Both the position numbers and the translations under genes were made by a program. Below, in pieces: positions 20,059 through 29,637 of a DNA stretch of 59,116 nt. The number at the start of each line of letters is the position of its first letter. Position 1 is the stretch's first letter. The notes beneath the pieces were generated by a model. That model was not told where the DNA came from and did not search any database. It saw only the letters and a list, made by a program, of their open reading frames with translations. Origin of the DNA: an uncultured virus (IMG/VR IMGVR_UViG_3300020048_000047) (lineage: Duplodnaviria > Heunggongvirae > Uroviricota > Caudoviricetes); IMG/VR virus record IMGVR_UViG_3300020048_000047, positions 62,001 to 121,116 of that record; one strand, given 5' to 3'.

Positions 20059-22374
20059 TTAATATACAATTCTTGTTAAGTAAATATTCCAAGTTCCACT
20101 AGTGATAGTCCAATAAACATAGCTTCTATAATGTGCTGGTGTGGCTATTGGGTAAATATCTATTCCACTACAATCACCCCATTGTTCAACACCATATTCA
20201 GCATAGTTTAAATAACTACCATCACTGTCATAACTTAATAAGAATTTACCTGTTTTGATATTAACACCATTAACACAACGATATACATATTCTACTGTAT
20301 CGGTTGATGATTGGTCATATTGAGCACCACTATTATCACTAGTTTCACCTAAATATTGTAATTTTGTTCTAAATAACCCATCGTTTCTAGTTTCAACAAC
20401 ACCGCCACCATTCCTAACTAAAATATTAGTTGATGTTGAACCAGTTGTTGGTGTATAATTGATATTCAAATTAGGTACATAAACTGTATCATCAGCTGTA
20501 CCACCAATATTACGTCCACCAATAACAGCACTTCTAGTACCAGTTACATTTGAATTTGTTGAGTGTATAAATGATGTTAACCCAGATGCTATTGATTGAT
20601 AACCACCAGCATGTGTATAATCACCATGTGCTTCAGTTTCAAAATTTTGTGCGTGTGCTGAATTCCCAATAGCCGATGTATCAGTCCCTTCAACGTGACT
20701 TGCATAACCTTCCGCTATACCACCATGACCTTCAGAGTATGAATAATCGGCCAATGCATCGTTGCCACTATCATTAACTGCTTTAAGTGAATATGTACCT
20801 GTTGTTCCAGTATCCCAGAACATATCGGTAGTTCCACCAGAACCTGTACCACCACTAAGACTTGTAATTGTTCTATAAGAAACTTGACCAGAAGCATTAA
20901 CGGTCAATATCTTCGTAGTTGTATTGTCATTAGGGATATATTTGATATTAAGTCTTTGAACATAAACAGTATTGCTAGTTGTCGCAGTAATTGAGTCTCC
21001 ACCAAGTATAACTGAACCGAATATCCCATAAGGAATAACATTTTCGTAACCACCAATAATATAACATAATTCAGAGTTATCAACAGTATTATTATACCCA
21101 CCTAAAATACCATTATAATATCTAGTAAAACCAGTAACACCATCACTAATTATTGAATTAAATTGACCCCCAATGATTGCCGAACCATTAGATTCATTGA
21201 TATAATTAGTTTCACCACCAAGAATACTTGCATAGTATGAAGCTAATACTTGATGATTTTGTCCATTTATAATTGTTGATTGAATTGAACCGTTAATTAT
21301 TTTGTTATTTAAACCATTAAGAATTGATGAACCATAACTATCAAATACTTTATTTTCGGCACCGTTAGTAATTGTCGAATAACTACTTGAATTACTACTA
21401 CCAGTTATTTGGTTTGCTTGACCACCAAGAATATTACATGAACTTAAAGCTCCAGTAATACCACATTGCCATCCACCTATTATTATGTTATTATAGGCAC
21501 TTTCAGTATTATCGGTAATGGTACAAACATCTGAATTATAGATACCAGATTGATATTGAACACCAATCATAGAACCACTAGAATTAACAATATTAGATAA
21601 AATACTATCTGTTATACCAACATTACTAGAACTTGTTATGTTATTAGTATAACAACCACCAGTAATTGTTGAATTATCACCATTTATTATTGAGTTCTCT
21701 TTATTTGTACTAGCATTAACACCAATAGTATTACTTTGTCCACCAAGAATTGTTGAACTATCACCAATAGTAATTATACTATTTACAGCATGAAGAAATG
21801 ATATATCACCATTATTTACTGATTGAAAACCGCCAACATATGAAGATGCTCCATCTACTTGGTTATTAATACCTTCAGCTACTGAAAATGAACCAGTTGC
21901 ATCAGTTCCTGTTGGACCAACAACTGTTATTGAATTGGTTCCACTAGAACCAGCTGTCCAATATAAATCTACTGGAACATAATAACCACTTAGAGTAAAA
22001 GTACCACCTGTATTGTTGGTGAATTCAGCAACCCCAGTTAAACTATCATATGTACCACCTGTAACATATACATCAGTTGCACCAGTATAAAAACCAGAGA
22101 TTGTGAATGATGTACCTGTTGAATTGTAAAATGTTGCGGTACCATTTGAATATGAACCACTTGTTACGGTAGGTGTAGTTGTTGTAAATGCAGTTAAAAC
22201 ATCACCATTTATCCTATTAAAAAATAAAATATCGTTGCTGTTATTTATACTATTAATTGATTGCCCTTTAAGATATAGGAAATTATCGTCAAGTTCTCCT
22301 TGGCTTAATACAGTGCCTTTGGTTGTATCACCATAAGGGCTATTTAGTGTTCTTAATATAAGGTTATTATTCAT
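20059..22374 (-). CDS. Tail fibre/beta-helical adhesin-like protein
   Basis: N-terminal LSQGELDDNF anchor motif, TGGT repeats, S.I.GG..N beta-helix repeats, HAEG repeats. Confidence 0.75.
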   Translation of the reverse strand: MNNNLILRTLNSPYGDTTKGTVLSQGELDDNFLYLKGQSINSINNSNDILFFNRINGDVLTAFTTTTPTVTSGSYSNGTATFYNSTGTSFTISGFYTGATDVYVTGGTYDSLTGVAEFTNNTGGTFTLSGYYVPVDLYWTAGSSGTNSITVVGPTGTDATGSFSVAEGINNQVDGASSYVGGFQSVNNGDISFLHAVNSIITIGDSSTILGGQSNTIGVNASTNKENSIINGDNSTITGGCYTNNITSSSNVGITDSILSNIVNSSGSMIGVQYQSGIYNSDVCTITDNTESAYNNIIIGGWQCGITGALSSCNILGGQANQITGSSNSSSYSTITNGAENKVFDSYGSSILNGLNNKIINGSIQSTIINGQNHQVLASYYASILGGETNYINESNGSAIIGGQFNSIISDGVTGFTRYYNGILGGYNNTVDNSELCYIIGGYENVIPYGIFGSVILGGDSITATTSNTVYVQRLNIKYIPNDNTTTKILTVNASGQVSYRTITSLSGGTGSGGTTDMFWDTGTTGTYSLKAVNDSGNDALADYSYSEGHGGIAEGYASHVEGTDTSAIGNSAHAQNFETEAHGDYTHAGGYQSIASGLTSFIHSTNSNVTGTRSAVIGGRNIGGTADDTVYVPNLNINYTPTTGSTSTNILVRNGGGVVETRNDGLFRTKLQYLGETSDNSGAQYDQSSTDTVEYVYRCVNGVNIKTGKFLLSYDSDGSYLNYAEYGVEQWGDCSGIDIYPIATPAHYRSYVYWTITSGTWNIYLTRIVY

Positions 22375-22387
22375 CTGTTTATTTTAC

Positions 22388-22395
22388 TATAAATA
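22388..22395 (-). promoter_or_regulatory. Putative late promoter motif TATTTATA
   Basis: Sense-strand motif 13 nt upstream of the ATG at 22374. Confidence 0.6.
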
Positions 22396-22412
22396 TGTCG
22401 TGTTATTATTAA

Positions 22413-24161
22413 TTAGCAGTGACCATGATTTAAAATATTAATTCCGTATCTAGTAGCCTCTGTTTCATAATTATATTGGATATCACAAAATTTTAAATCA
22501 CAAATATTAAATTTAAATTGTGAAATTCCACCAATAAATGAACCAGCAAAATTTGTTTCAATTGGTAAGTTTTTATCCGAATAATCTATTCCATCAAAAG
22601 TTTGTGATTCAATAAGTCCTTGAGTACCACCACCTAAAGAGAAATTAAATGGCACACCAACTTGTTTTAAGAAACTATCATTGAGTCTTCTAGCAACAAA
22701 TTCATCAAAATCGTTAACAACAAATTTTAATTTAGCATTCACATAGAACATTAATTTACCTTTTCTATGTTTATCTGTTTTTAATTCACAGTCAGTTTTA
22801 TATTCTGTGATAAATCTTATAGCAATATAAGACCAAACATTATTTTGAACAACATTCGGAAATGAATAGCCTTCTTCAATAGTTACACCAGTTACGTAAG
22901 TATTTGCAGTTGTACATGCACCAGTAATGGTTAATAATCTGTAACCAATGCTACCATCATCTTTAATTCTAAAACCTAATGCGTTATCGATAATATCAGA
23001 CTTATAATCTAATGAAGTTTGGTCTTTTGTGAATCCAGTAAAACTACAAACAGTTTCGTTACCAAAACCATCATTTGGACCATCACAAGTTCCACAATTA
23101 TTTGTGGCACCACTTTTAGCGGCTCTACCGTAAATTAAAAATGGGTTTGTTTTATTTGTTACATCATGTGAATGTGTAACAACAACTTTACCGTTACCAT
23201 CATAAGAACAAGCAGTTTCAGTACCTAAACCATCATGAGAACCACCACAACTTGTACAAGTAGTACCACTTTTAGCAGCTCTACCATAAATTAGAAATCC
23301 GTTAGTTACTAAATCAACGTTGATTACTGGTGGGTTTAATGGAATCCCAACACCATATGTGCCGCCAGTTAAAATAATTTCATTTTCTTTAGGTATTGTA
23401 CACCACTCTGTTACAACATCAGTACAACCAGTTGGTTGAATACAATCAGCGGTACAGCCAGTATTTAAACCTTCAAATGTATTCCAAAATTTATTTTCTG
23501 CACGAGTACCCATATAAAAGAAAAATCCTTTATTGTTTGAATATGTATCGTTTAATGTAAGACCCGTATATGAACATAAATCTTGTGGTTTAACCCAAAA
23601 TTCTGCCGACCATGCTTGATTAACTCTAATTGGTAAAACTTCATAAGTATTTCCATCTAATTTGTAATAACCTTGGTAAAAACCACCACATAAATTAGAG
23701 TAATTTCCGCTTATATCCGACAAGATATCTATAGGGTATATGTAAGTACCAGTTGTACCAGTAACCCTGTTTAAATTGAGCCTATGGTCTCCAGAGACCA
23801 TGTTTATTGAACTACCAGTTAACACATTTAATAATGCTTGATTTGATGTATCACCGCTTGGTTTGTTGAAGGTAAATAATCCGTTATCAATTCCAGTTAA
23901 ACCAGCGGTATTCATAGTATATCCAGTGTTTATAGCCTTATCCCAAGTAACAAGACTATATATTGAAGTTGCTGATGTGGCACTACTATCGTAAATATTG
24001 TTATTATTGAAATCGTACCATACAACAAAACAATCACCAGACGTTAAACCATTACATAAATCTGTTGGTCCTTCATCGGTAGCCAAAAAGAAATCCCAAT
24101 AATCATCATGGGATAACTTAAGGTCTAACTTATTGAAATTGAAATTTTTAATATTTCCCAT
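22413..24161 (-). CDS. Cys-rich LamG-like virion protein
   Basis: WSAEFWVKP, WSYIAIRF, LMFYVN, FIGGISQF LamG strands; duplicated FLIYGRAAKSG..CxxC..C insert. Confidence 0.6.
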   Translation of the reverse strand: MGNIKNFNFNKLDLKLSHDDYWDFFLATDEGPTDLCNGLTSGDCFVVWYDFNNNNIYDSSATSATSIYSLVTWDKAINTGYTMNTAGLTGIDNGLFTFNKPSGDTSNQALLNVLTGSSINMVSGDHRLNLNRVTGTTGTYIYPIDILSDISGNYSNLCGGFYQGYYKLDGNTYEVLPIRVNQAWSAEFWVKPQDLCSYTGLTLNDTYSNNKGFFFYMGTRAENKFWNTFEGLNTGCTADCIQPTGCTDVVTEWCTIPKENEIILTGGTYGVGIPLNPPVINVDLVTNGFLIYGRAAKSGTTCTSCGGSHDGLGTETACSYDGNGKVVVTHSHDVTNKTNPFLIYGRAAKSGATNNCGTCDGPNDGFGNETVCSFTGFTKDQTSLDYKSDIIDNALGFRIKDDGSIGYRLLTITGACTTANTYVTGVTIEEGYSFPNVVQNNVWSYIAIRFITEYKTDCELKTDKHRKGKLMFYVNAKLKFVVNDFDEFVARRLNDSFLKQVGVPFNFSLGGGTQGLIESQTFDGIDYSDKNLPIETNFAGSFIGGISQFKFNICDLKFCDIQYNYETEATRYGINILNHGHC

Positions 24162-26929
24162 TAGAAGCTTTCTAAATTAGTTCTTTTCCAACCGTTTATA
24201 GTTTTGATATACAAATAGTTGTCGTCTCTTGTTATGTTTCCTTCATTACCACTAGTATCATTTGATGATGTTGGTGTATATGTTGGTATTGTTAATGCTT
24301 TTGATTTAAAATCATTATTTGTAATCCAATTACCATCCACATCAGTTTTTAAATCTGATGATAAACCAGTACCCATTCCGTGTAATACACTAATACCACC
24401 ACCGATAGCTGTTTGTTGATTACCAGAGTAGTTTAATTCGATATTATTATCCTCAGCAAGTATTGTTTGTGTGTTTATATTTGTAGTATTGGATGCTAAT
24501 TCTTTAACCGCTTCAACAAGTAATGCTGTAATGTTGTCATAATGAACACCCATATATTTTTCTGGTGTGTTATTATTAACAAACGTTAATTCTGGAACCA
24601 CATTTTTAACTTCTTGTGCTATGAAACCCATTCTTAATGCACCATCTGGTTCTGATAACCAATTATATGTTACACCTCTCAATGCTTTAACTTTATCCAA
24701 CGAATTAGTTAAAGGGTTTATGTTTGTTTTCATTCTAGCATCAGAAACAGCTGTTGATAATACACCAGTAGCTGTATAATATAGAGAACCAGCAGAAGCT
24801 GTTGAACCAATGTTTCTAAATCTAGCGTTATTTAAAACATCTAAATCTTCAGTTGGTGTAACAACATTAATACCTATCTTACCATTTGCTGGTACTATTG
24901 ATGGATTACCTATTGTTGTTGAATAAGTTCCTGTTCCAAATAAAACACCACCTATATTTATTGCATCAGCTGTCGCATTTGGTAATGATATATTGGTACC
25001 TATTATAATGTTGTTATTACCAACGTTATTAGCGATAAAATTAGGACCAGTTTTATAACCAATGAAATTTGAGTAACTTGAATCACTAGCACTATTACCA
25101 GCACCAACACCAATGAAATTAGAACCAGTTACCCCAGTTGCTTGATAACCAGCTTGATTACCAATGAAATTAGATTCATTTGAATTAATAGCATCATTAC
25201 CAGCTTGATTACCAATGAAATTAGAATAAGATGAGCCACTTGCATTATTACCAGCATAAATACCTATGAAATTAGAAAATGATGAACCAGATGCTTGAGA
25301 ACCAGCTTCAACACCAATAAAATTAGAATTAGCAACTAATGTTGCTATATTACCAGCACTCGAACCAATGAAATTTGAGTAACTTGAATCACTAGCACTA
25401 TTACCAGCACCAACACCAATGAAATTAGAACCAGTTACCCCAGTTGCTTGATAACCAGCTTGATTACCAATGAAATTAGATTCATTTGAATTAATAGCAT
25501 CATTACCAGCTTGATTACCAATGAAATTAGAATAAGATGAGCCACTTGCATTATTACCAGCATAAATACCTATGAAATTAGAAAATGATGAACCAGATGC
25601 TTGAGAACCAGCTTCAACACCAATAAAATTAGAATTAGCAACTAATGTTGCTATATTACCAGCACTCGAACCAATGAAATTTGAGTAACTTGAATCACTA
25701 GCACTATTACCAGCACCAACACCAATGAAATTAGAACCAGTTACCCCAGTTGCTTGATAACCAGCTTGATTACCAATGAAATTAGATTCATTTGAATTAA
25801 TAGCATCATTACCAGCTTGATTACCAATGAAATTAGATGAAGATGAATCATTTGCGAATTCACCAGCATTATTACCAATGAAATTAGATACATTAGAACC
25901 AGTTGCTGTATAACCAGCTGCGTTACCAATAAAATTAGAACTAGATGAATTAATTGCACCACTACCAGCATTATTACCAATGAAATTAGAATAGGATGAA
26001 TCATGACCACCACTACCAGCATTTTGACCGATGAAATTACAATCTCTAGCGTTATAAGCTCCATTACCAGCTTCATAACCAATGAAATTAGAAAAAATAG
26101 TTGCACCAGTTGCTTGATAACCAGCATAATCACCAATAAAATTTGAATTAGTTGCAATTGTTGCATTAACACCAGCATTATTACCGTAAACAAACATTCC
26201 AGAGGCTAATGCTTCAGCACCATCACCCAACGCTATTGAACCAGCCCCAGTTGCAATAGGGGCTGTTGTTGGTGCAGCAACGTTTTCAGCGTACCAATGC
26301 AAAGTATTACCAGATGTTACACCAGAAGCTGGCATCCATCCACCCATACCTTCAGTATCACTACAAACATATATGTAATTAGGTTGTGCATCTTTGGTTA
26401 TAATAAGTCTTTCAGTTCTTGTAATACCAGAAACATCATTCCAAATTGTTCTACCTGTAAAATCTAATGTACTAGCGGTAAGAACATCTAATATATATGT
26501 AAGCATTGTTCCACTGTAATTCATTGGACTTAGTTCAACCATTTGAATATCATTGATATCGAAACTAACACCAGTATAAGCTAGTGAAACTATATTCCCA
26601 TCAATTGTTGTTACAGAACTTGGTGCATATACTTGGCCAGTATTTTGAGTAATACCAGAGTTTGAAGGTGTAATTGCTGATAGAGTATTTATTGCTAATT
26701 CCATTCTTGGGTCATACCAAGTGAAGATTGTTGTAGTATCATTACCAGAAAACGTACTAACTATTGATGTATAATTTTCTGAAACACCAGATGTTGTTAA
26801 ATCTGGACCGCTAGTTAAAGCACTAAATGTTAAGCCAAATGACGTACCACCAGACAAAACTGTCATAGTAGCCTCATGTTGTTTTACTTGTCTATTGCTT
26901 GAAAAGTCTAATTTTGTTTTAAATGCCAT
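24161..26929 (-). CDS. Tail fibre/spike with 17-aa SNFIGxxAG repeats and an S74 chaperone domain
   Basis: More than 20 copies of SNFIGxxAG; SDARMKTNI..LRGVTYNW..GFIAQEV is a peptidase S74 signature. Confidence 0.85.
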   Translation of the reverse strand: MAFKTKLDFSSNRQVKQHEATMTVLSGGTSFGLTFSALTSGPDLTTSGVSENYTSIVSTFSGNDTTTIFTWYDPRMELAINTLSAITPSNSGITQNTGQVYAPSSVTTIDGNIVSLAYTGVSFDINDIQMVELSPMNYSGTMLTYILDVLTASTLDFTGRTIWNDVSGITRTERLIITKDAQPNYIYVCSDTEGMGGWMPASGVTSGNTLHWYAENVAAPTTAPIATGAGSIALGDGAEALASGMFVYGNNAGVNATIATNSNFIGDYAGYQATGATIFSNFIGYEAGNGAYNARDCNFIGQNAGSGGHDSSYSNFIGNNAGSGAINSSSSNFIGNAAGYTATGSNVSNFIGNNAGEFANDSSSSNFIGNQAGNDAINSNESNFIGNQAGYQATGVTGSNFIGVGAGNSASDSSYSNFIGSSAGNIATLVANSNFIGVEAGSQASGSSFSNFIGIYAGNNASGSSYSNFIGNQAGNDAINSNESNFIGNQAGYQATGVTGSNFIGVGAGNSASDSSYSNFIGSSAGNIATLVANSNFIGVEAGSQASGSSFSNFIGIYAGNNASGSSYSNFIGNQAGNDAINSNESNFIGNQAGYQATGVTGSNFIGVGAGNSASDSSYSNFIGYKTGPNFIANNVGNNNIIIGTNISLPNATADAINIGGVLFGTGTYSTTIGNPSIVPANGKIGINVVTPTEDLDVLNNARFRNIGSTASAGSLYYTATGVLSTAVSDARMKTNINPLTNSLDKVKALRGVTYNWLSEPDGALRMGFIAQEVKNVVPELTFVNNNTPEKYMGVHYDNITALLVEAVKELASNTTNINTQTILAEDNNIELNYSGNQQTAIGGGISVLHGMGTGLSSDLKTDVDGNWITNNDFKSKALTIPTYTPTSSNDTSGNEGNITRDDNYLYIKTINGWKRTNLESF
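25058..25837. repeat. Perfect 306-bp tandem repeat, about 2.5 copies
   Basis: Units start at 25058, 25364 and 25670; each encodes 6 x 17 aa. Confidence 0.9.
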
Positions 26930-26938
26930 TTTTGTAGG

Positions 26939-26982
26939 TTTTATTATAAATATTCCAGACTTCGAATATATTTATAATAAAA
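26939..26982. promoter_or_regulatory. Back-to-back late promoter motifs forming a 15-bp inverted repeat
   Basis: TTTTATTATAAATAT (26939-26953) and ATATTTATAATAAAA (26968-26982) between divergent genes. Confidence 0.65.
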
Positions 26983-26990
26983 GATAATTT

Positions 26991-27464
26991 ATGACTACTT
27001 TTAAAAAGAAAGATTTAAACGAAATGGTTGGCGGTGATGTTTTTTCTGTTGGTAGCGATAGAAACGTTACAAACAATAGTGAAATAGAAACTGGCCCTGT
27101 TGAAAAGCCTTATAATGATGATTCATATTATGAAAAAGGTATGTCAACAACTTCAGACAGAGTATTTGGTCGTTATAGACAAAATATTCCTTGGTTTGCT
27201 GTATATTCATTTGGTGGTACTCGTACTGGGCGTGGCTTATCTTCGCAAGTTGGTATGACTGAAGAAAAAAATATAAAAACCAAAAATGAAATTGAAGAAA
27301 TAATTGAAGATTTAGTTTCAAAAAAAGAAGATAATGAATTAATATCTAATAAAATGGATGCTAAAAAAGTTATTAAAAAATTCTCTAAGGATGAATTGGA
27401 AAAACTAAGAATTGCAATTGATGATGAATTGAATAACCCAACTAAAAAAAATACAATTAAATAA
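26991..27464 (+). CDS. Hypothetical protein, possible head-internal protein
   Basis: MTTFKKKDLNE leader; late motif upstream. Confidence 0.55.
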   Translation: MTTFKKKDLNEMVGGDVFSVGSDRNVTNNSEIETGPVEKPYNDDSYYEKGMSTTSDRVFGRYRQNIPWFAVYSFGGTRTGRGLSSQVGMTEEKNIKTKNEIEEIIEDLVSKKEDNELISNKMDAKKVIKKFSKDELEKLRIAIDDELNNPTKKNTIK

Positions 27465-27907
27465 TGAATTCTAATATAGCTAAAAACGATATTACCGATG
27501 GTTCTGGTGACACAAAAAAACATCAAGCTTATGCCATGGAATTATCTAGAGTTAGAAAAGCTAAAAAAAATTGTGAGGGTGGAGACTGTGCCGAATATAT
27601 GCAAATAGGTGGTGAAGCTAAGTTTAACGAACTAAATAATTTGGTTAAACAAGAAAGAACTAAAGATGAAATTAAAAGAAAAGTTCAAAAAGACACCAAT
27701 CCAGAAAATACATATAATAAAGCTCAATCACCAACTGAAATAGGTATAAAAGCTGCTAGTGTATCACCAAGTAGTAACCATAGAACAACTGCTAGTCAAA
27801 AGATAATGTCAAATGATGAAGCTTTACGTGAAGGAATTTCTAAAGAAATTTCAGAAATTAGATATTTAATAGAGTACATGAATAACAATAAAAAACAAAA
27901 TTTATAA
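27464..27907 (+). CDS. Hypothetical protein, possible head-internal protein
   Basis: Coupled ORF; C-terminal ALREGISKEISEIRYLIEY. Confidence 0.55.
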   Translation: MNSNIAKNDITDGSGDTKKHQAYAMELSRVRKAKKNCEGGDCAEYMQIGGEAKFNELNNLVKQERTKDEIKRKVQKDTNPENTYNKAQSPTEIGIKAASVSPSSNHRTTASQKIMSNDEALREGISKEISEIRYLIEYMNNNKKQNL

Positions 27908-27910
27908 ACT

Positions 27911-28402
27911 ATGCCACAAATTTACAACGGTAGTCAGTCTTTACTAGAACACTACGCAATAAACGGTAATCCTAATCCTGGTTCTGGACCTTATGCTGGT
28001 CTAGGCAGACTTCAATTAATAACTCAAACTAAAGTTGGTACTGGTAAATATGTTTACGCTGGCCCATACAAAAATCCAAAAATTACTGGTAATGTTAATG
28101 ATAAATATTCTACCACACATACTAATGCTCTTGCTGATGCTACTTCACCTTATAACGGTAAAGGAACTGGTGATGGTATCACCAGTGGTAATTATGCAGC
28201 TATAACTAACTATGCTGGTGGTGGTTATGAGGATATTAAAGGACAAGACCCATCACAAGCAAGTATTGCTGGTGCTGGTGCTGGTAGAAATAAACAAATA
28301 ACCATTAATGCTGGTATATGGGGTTACGGTCCAAGTGCAATTGCTGGTAATAATTATATTTCACCGAATACTTCAGCTAATATAGGTCAAGTAAGCTTCT
28401 AA
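27911..28402 (+). CDS. Gly/Asn-rich hypothetical virion protein
   Basis: 163 aa, low charge, in the putative late operon. Confidence 0.55.
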   Translation: MPQIYNGSQSLLEHYAINGNPNPGSGPYAGLGRLQLITQTKVGTGKYVYAGPYKNPKITGNVNDKYSTTHTNALADATSPYNGKGTGDGITSGNYAAITNYAGGGYEDIKGQDPSQASIAGAGAGRNKQITINAGIWGYGPSAIAGNNYISPNTSANIGQVSF

Positions 28403-28417
28403 AAAAAAAAATATTCT

Positions 28418-28921
28418 ATGAAACTTTACAATTTATATAATGAGGTTATATTGGAAGAAACTGAGAATGCTCTTAGGTTGTTAACCGAAGGTGTGTCCGA
28501 AGATGAGGTAAAAAAAGCAATTGATGGAAAATATAATGTAAATATAGTTTATAAAACTTCTGATGATTCACAACCTACAAATCGTTATATTCAAGTTTAT
28601 AATCTTGGTGTAACAAAGAAAAAAGAAGGTGGTGTGGGTGGAAATCCAGCTATTAGGGCTTATCAAATTTTTGGTGGTTCAGATACCAGTTCTAATGGAT
28701 GGAAAATTTTTAGACTTGATAAAATACAAAGATGGTCACCAACTAATATGAAATGGAAAAACCCAGTTTCAGATACTAATGTTGGTATTCCAGATTATAA
28801 CCATACTGGCGATAAAACAATGGCTAGTGTGACACATAATGTAGATGTTAGCCAATTTGGTTCAGAAAGAGGTCATACATATGAGAAACCTAATAACAAC
28901 GATTTAAACAATAAAATTTAA
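28418..28921 (+). CDS. Stand-alone WYL-like domain protein
   Basis: AIDGKYNVNIVY..RYIQVYNLG..RAYQ..GWKIFRLDKI follows the WYL pattern (A....V.I.Y..R.I.P..LG..FRLDRI). Confidence 0.7.
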   Translation: MKLYNLYNEVILEETENALRLLTEGVSEDEVKKAIDGKYNVNIVYKTSDDSQPTNRYIQVYNLGVTKKKEGGVGGNPAIRAYQIFGGSDTSSNGWKIFRLDKIQRWSPTNMKWKNPVSDTNVGIPDYNHTGDKTMASVTHNVDVSQFGSERGHTYEKPNNNDLNNKI

Positions 28922-28925
28922 TACT

Positions 28926-29546
28926 ATGGACATGCCAAAACCAGTTGACGTATCAGCTCTAGCATTTTTAGCTAACGCCAAAAAAGTTATGGATAAAGTT
29001 GAGGGTAACAAACCTGTTGTTCAAAAACAGTCTTATCAAGAAGATATATATGAATCAGCACCACGAACTTATAATCAACCAAATTATTCTGAAAGTGATG
29101 AAAGAGAACCTGTGTATGAAAACTATGCTCCACAAGAAGAAAAATCTTTTCAATTAAAACCTTATTCAGCTGAACAAGTTATAGCTTCTAATTTACCAGC
29201 CAATATAAAAGAAGCTATGCTTAAAAAACCAATAACACCTTTAACTGGAATTCCATCTAAAGTTAGTGTTGCTGAAAACCCAGATTTTATCAAAAGACTT
29301 GGTGCTAATTTGCCTAAAAAGCAAAACCAAGAACAATTTCAAGCACCTAAAATGAATATAAATGAAACTACTAATTTTCAGTCAGCTGGTATTAGTAAAG
29401 CTGAAATACAACAAATGGTAAATGAAGCAGTCGCTAATTATTTTAAGGGAGATTATGAAAAAAGAATTACTGAAGCCGCAATCAAAAAAACAATAGGTGT
29501 TTTGATTAAAGAAGGTAAGCTAAACGTTAAAAAGAAAACATTATAA
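28926..29546 (+). CDS. Hypothetical protein, possible prohead core-type protein
   Basis: Several I/V-x-E motifs (NINE, MVNE, RITE, LIKE); last gene before a terminator. Confidence 0.5.
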   Translation: MDMPKPVDVSALAFLANAKKVMDKVEGNKPVVQKQSYQEDIYESAPRTYNQPNYSESDEREPVYENYAPQEEKSFQLKPYSAEQVIASNLPANIKEAMLKKPITPLTGIPSKVSVAENPDFIKRLGANLPKKQNQEQFQAPKMNINETTNFQSAGISKAEIQQMVNEAVANYFKGDYEKRITEAAIKKTIGVLIKEGKLNVKKKTL

Positions 29547-29548
29547 AT

Positions 29549-29574
29549 AAAAAACCCCTTTTTGGGGTTTTTTT
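29549..29574 (+). terminator. Intrinsic terminator
   Basis: AAAAAACCCC-TTTTT-GGGGTTTTTTT. Confidence 0.85.
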
Positions 29575-29575
29575 A

Positions 29576-29605
29576 TTTACATATGGTTTTTAGTTTATAT
29601 ATTTG
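29576..29605 (+). promoter_or_regulatory. Bacteroidota-type promoter
   Basis: TATATTTG at 29598-29605; weak -33 element. Confidence 0.5.
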
Positions 29606-29637
29606 AAATATCAATAAAAAGTTTTAAAACAAAATAA

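Noticed and set aside
25058..26160. CRISPR array or DGR template/variable repeat pair
   Set aside because: The repeats are in-frame coding units without unique spacers or adenine-specific mismatches; no cas or reverse transcriptase gene in the window.
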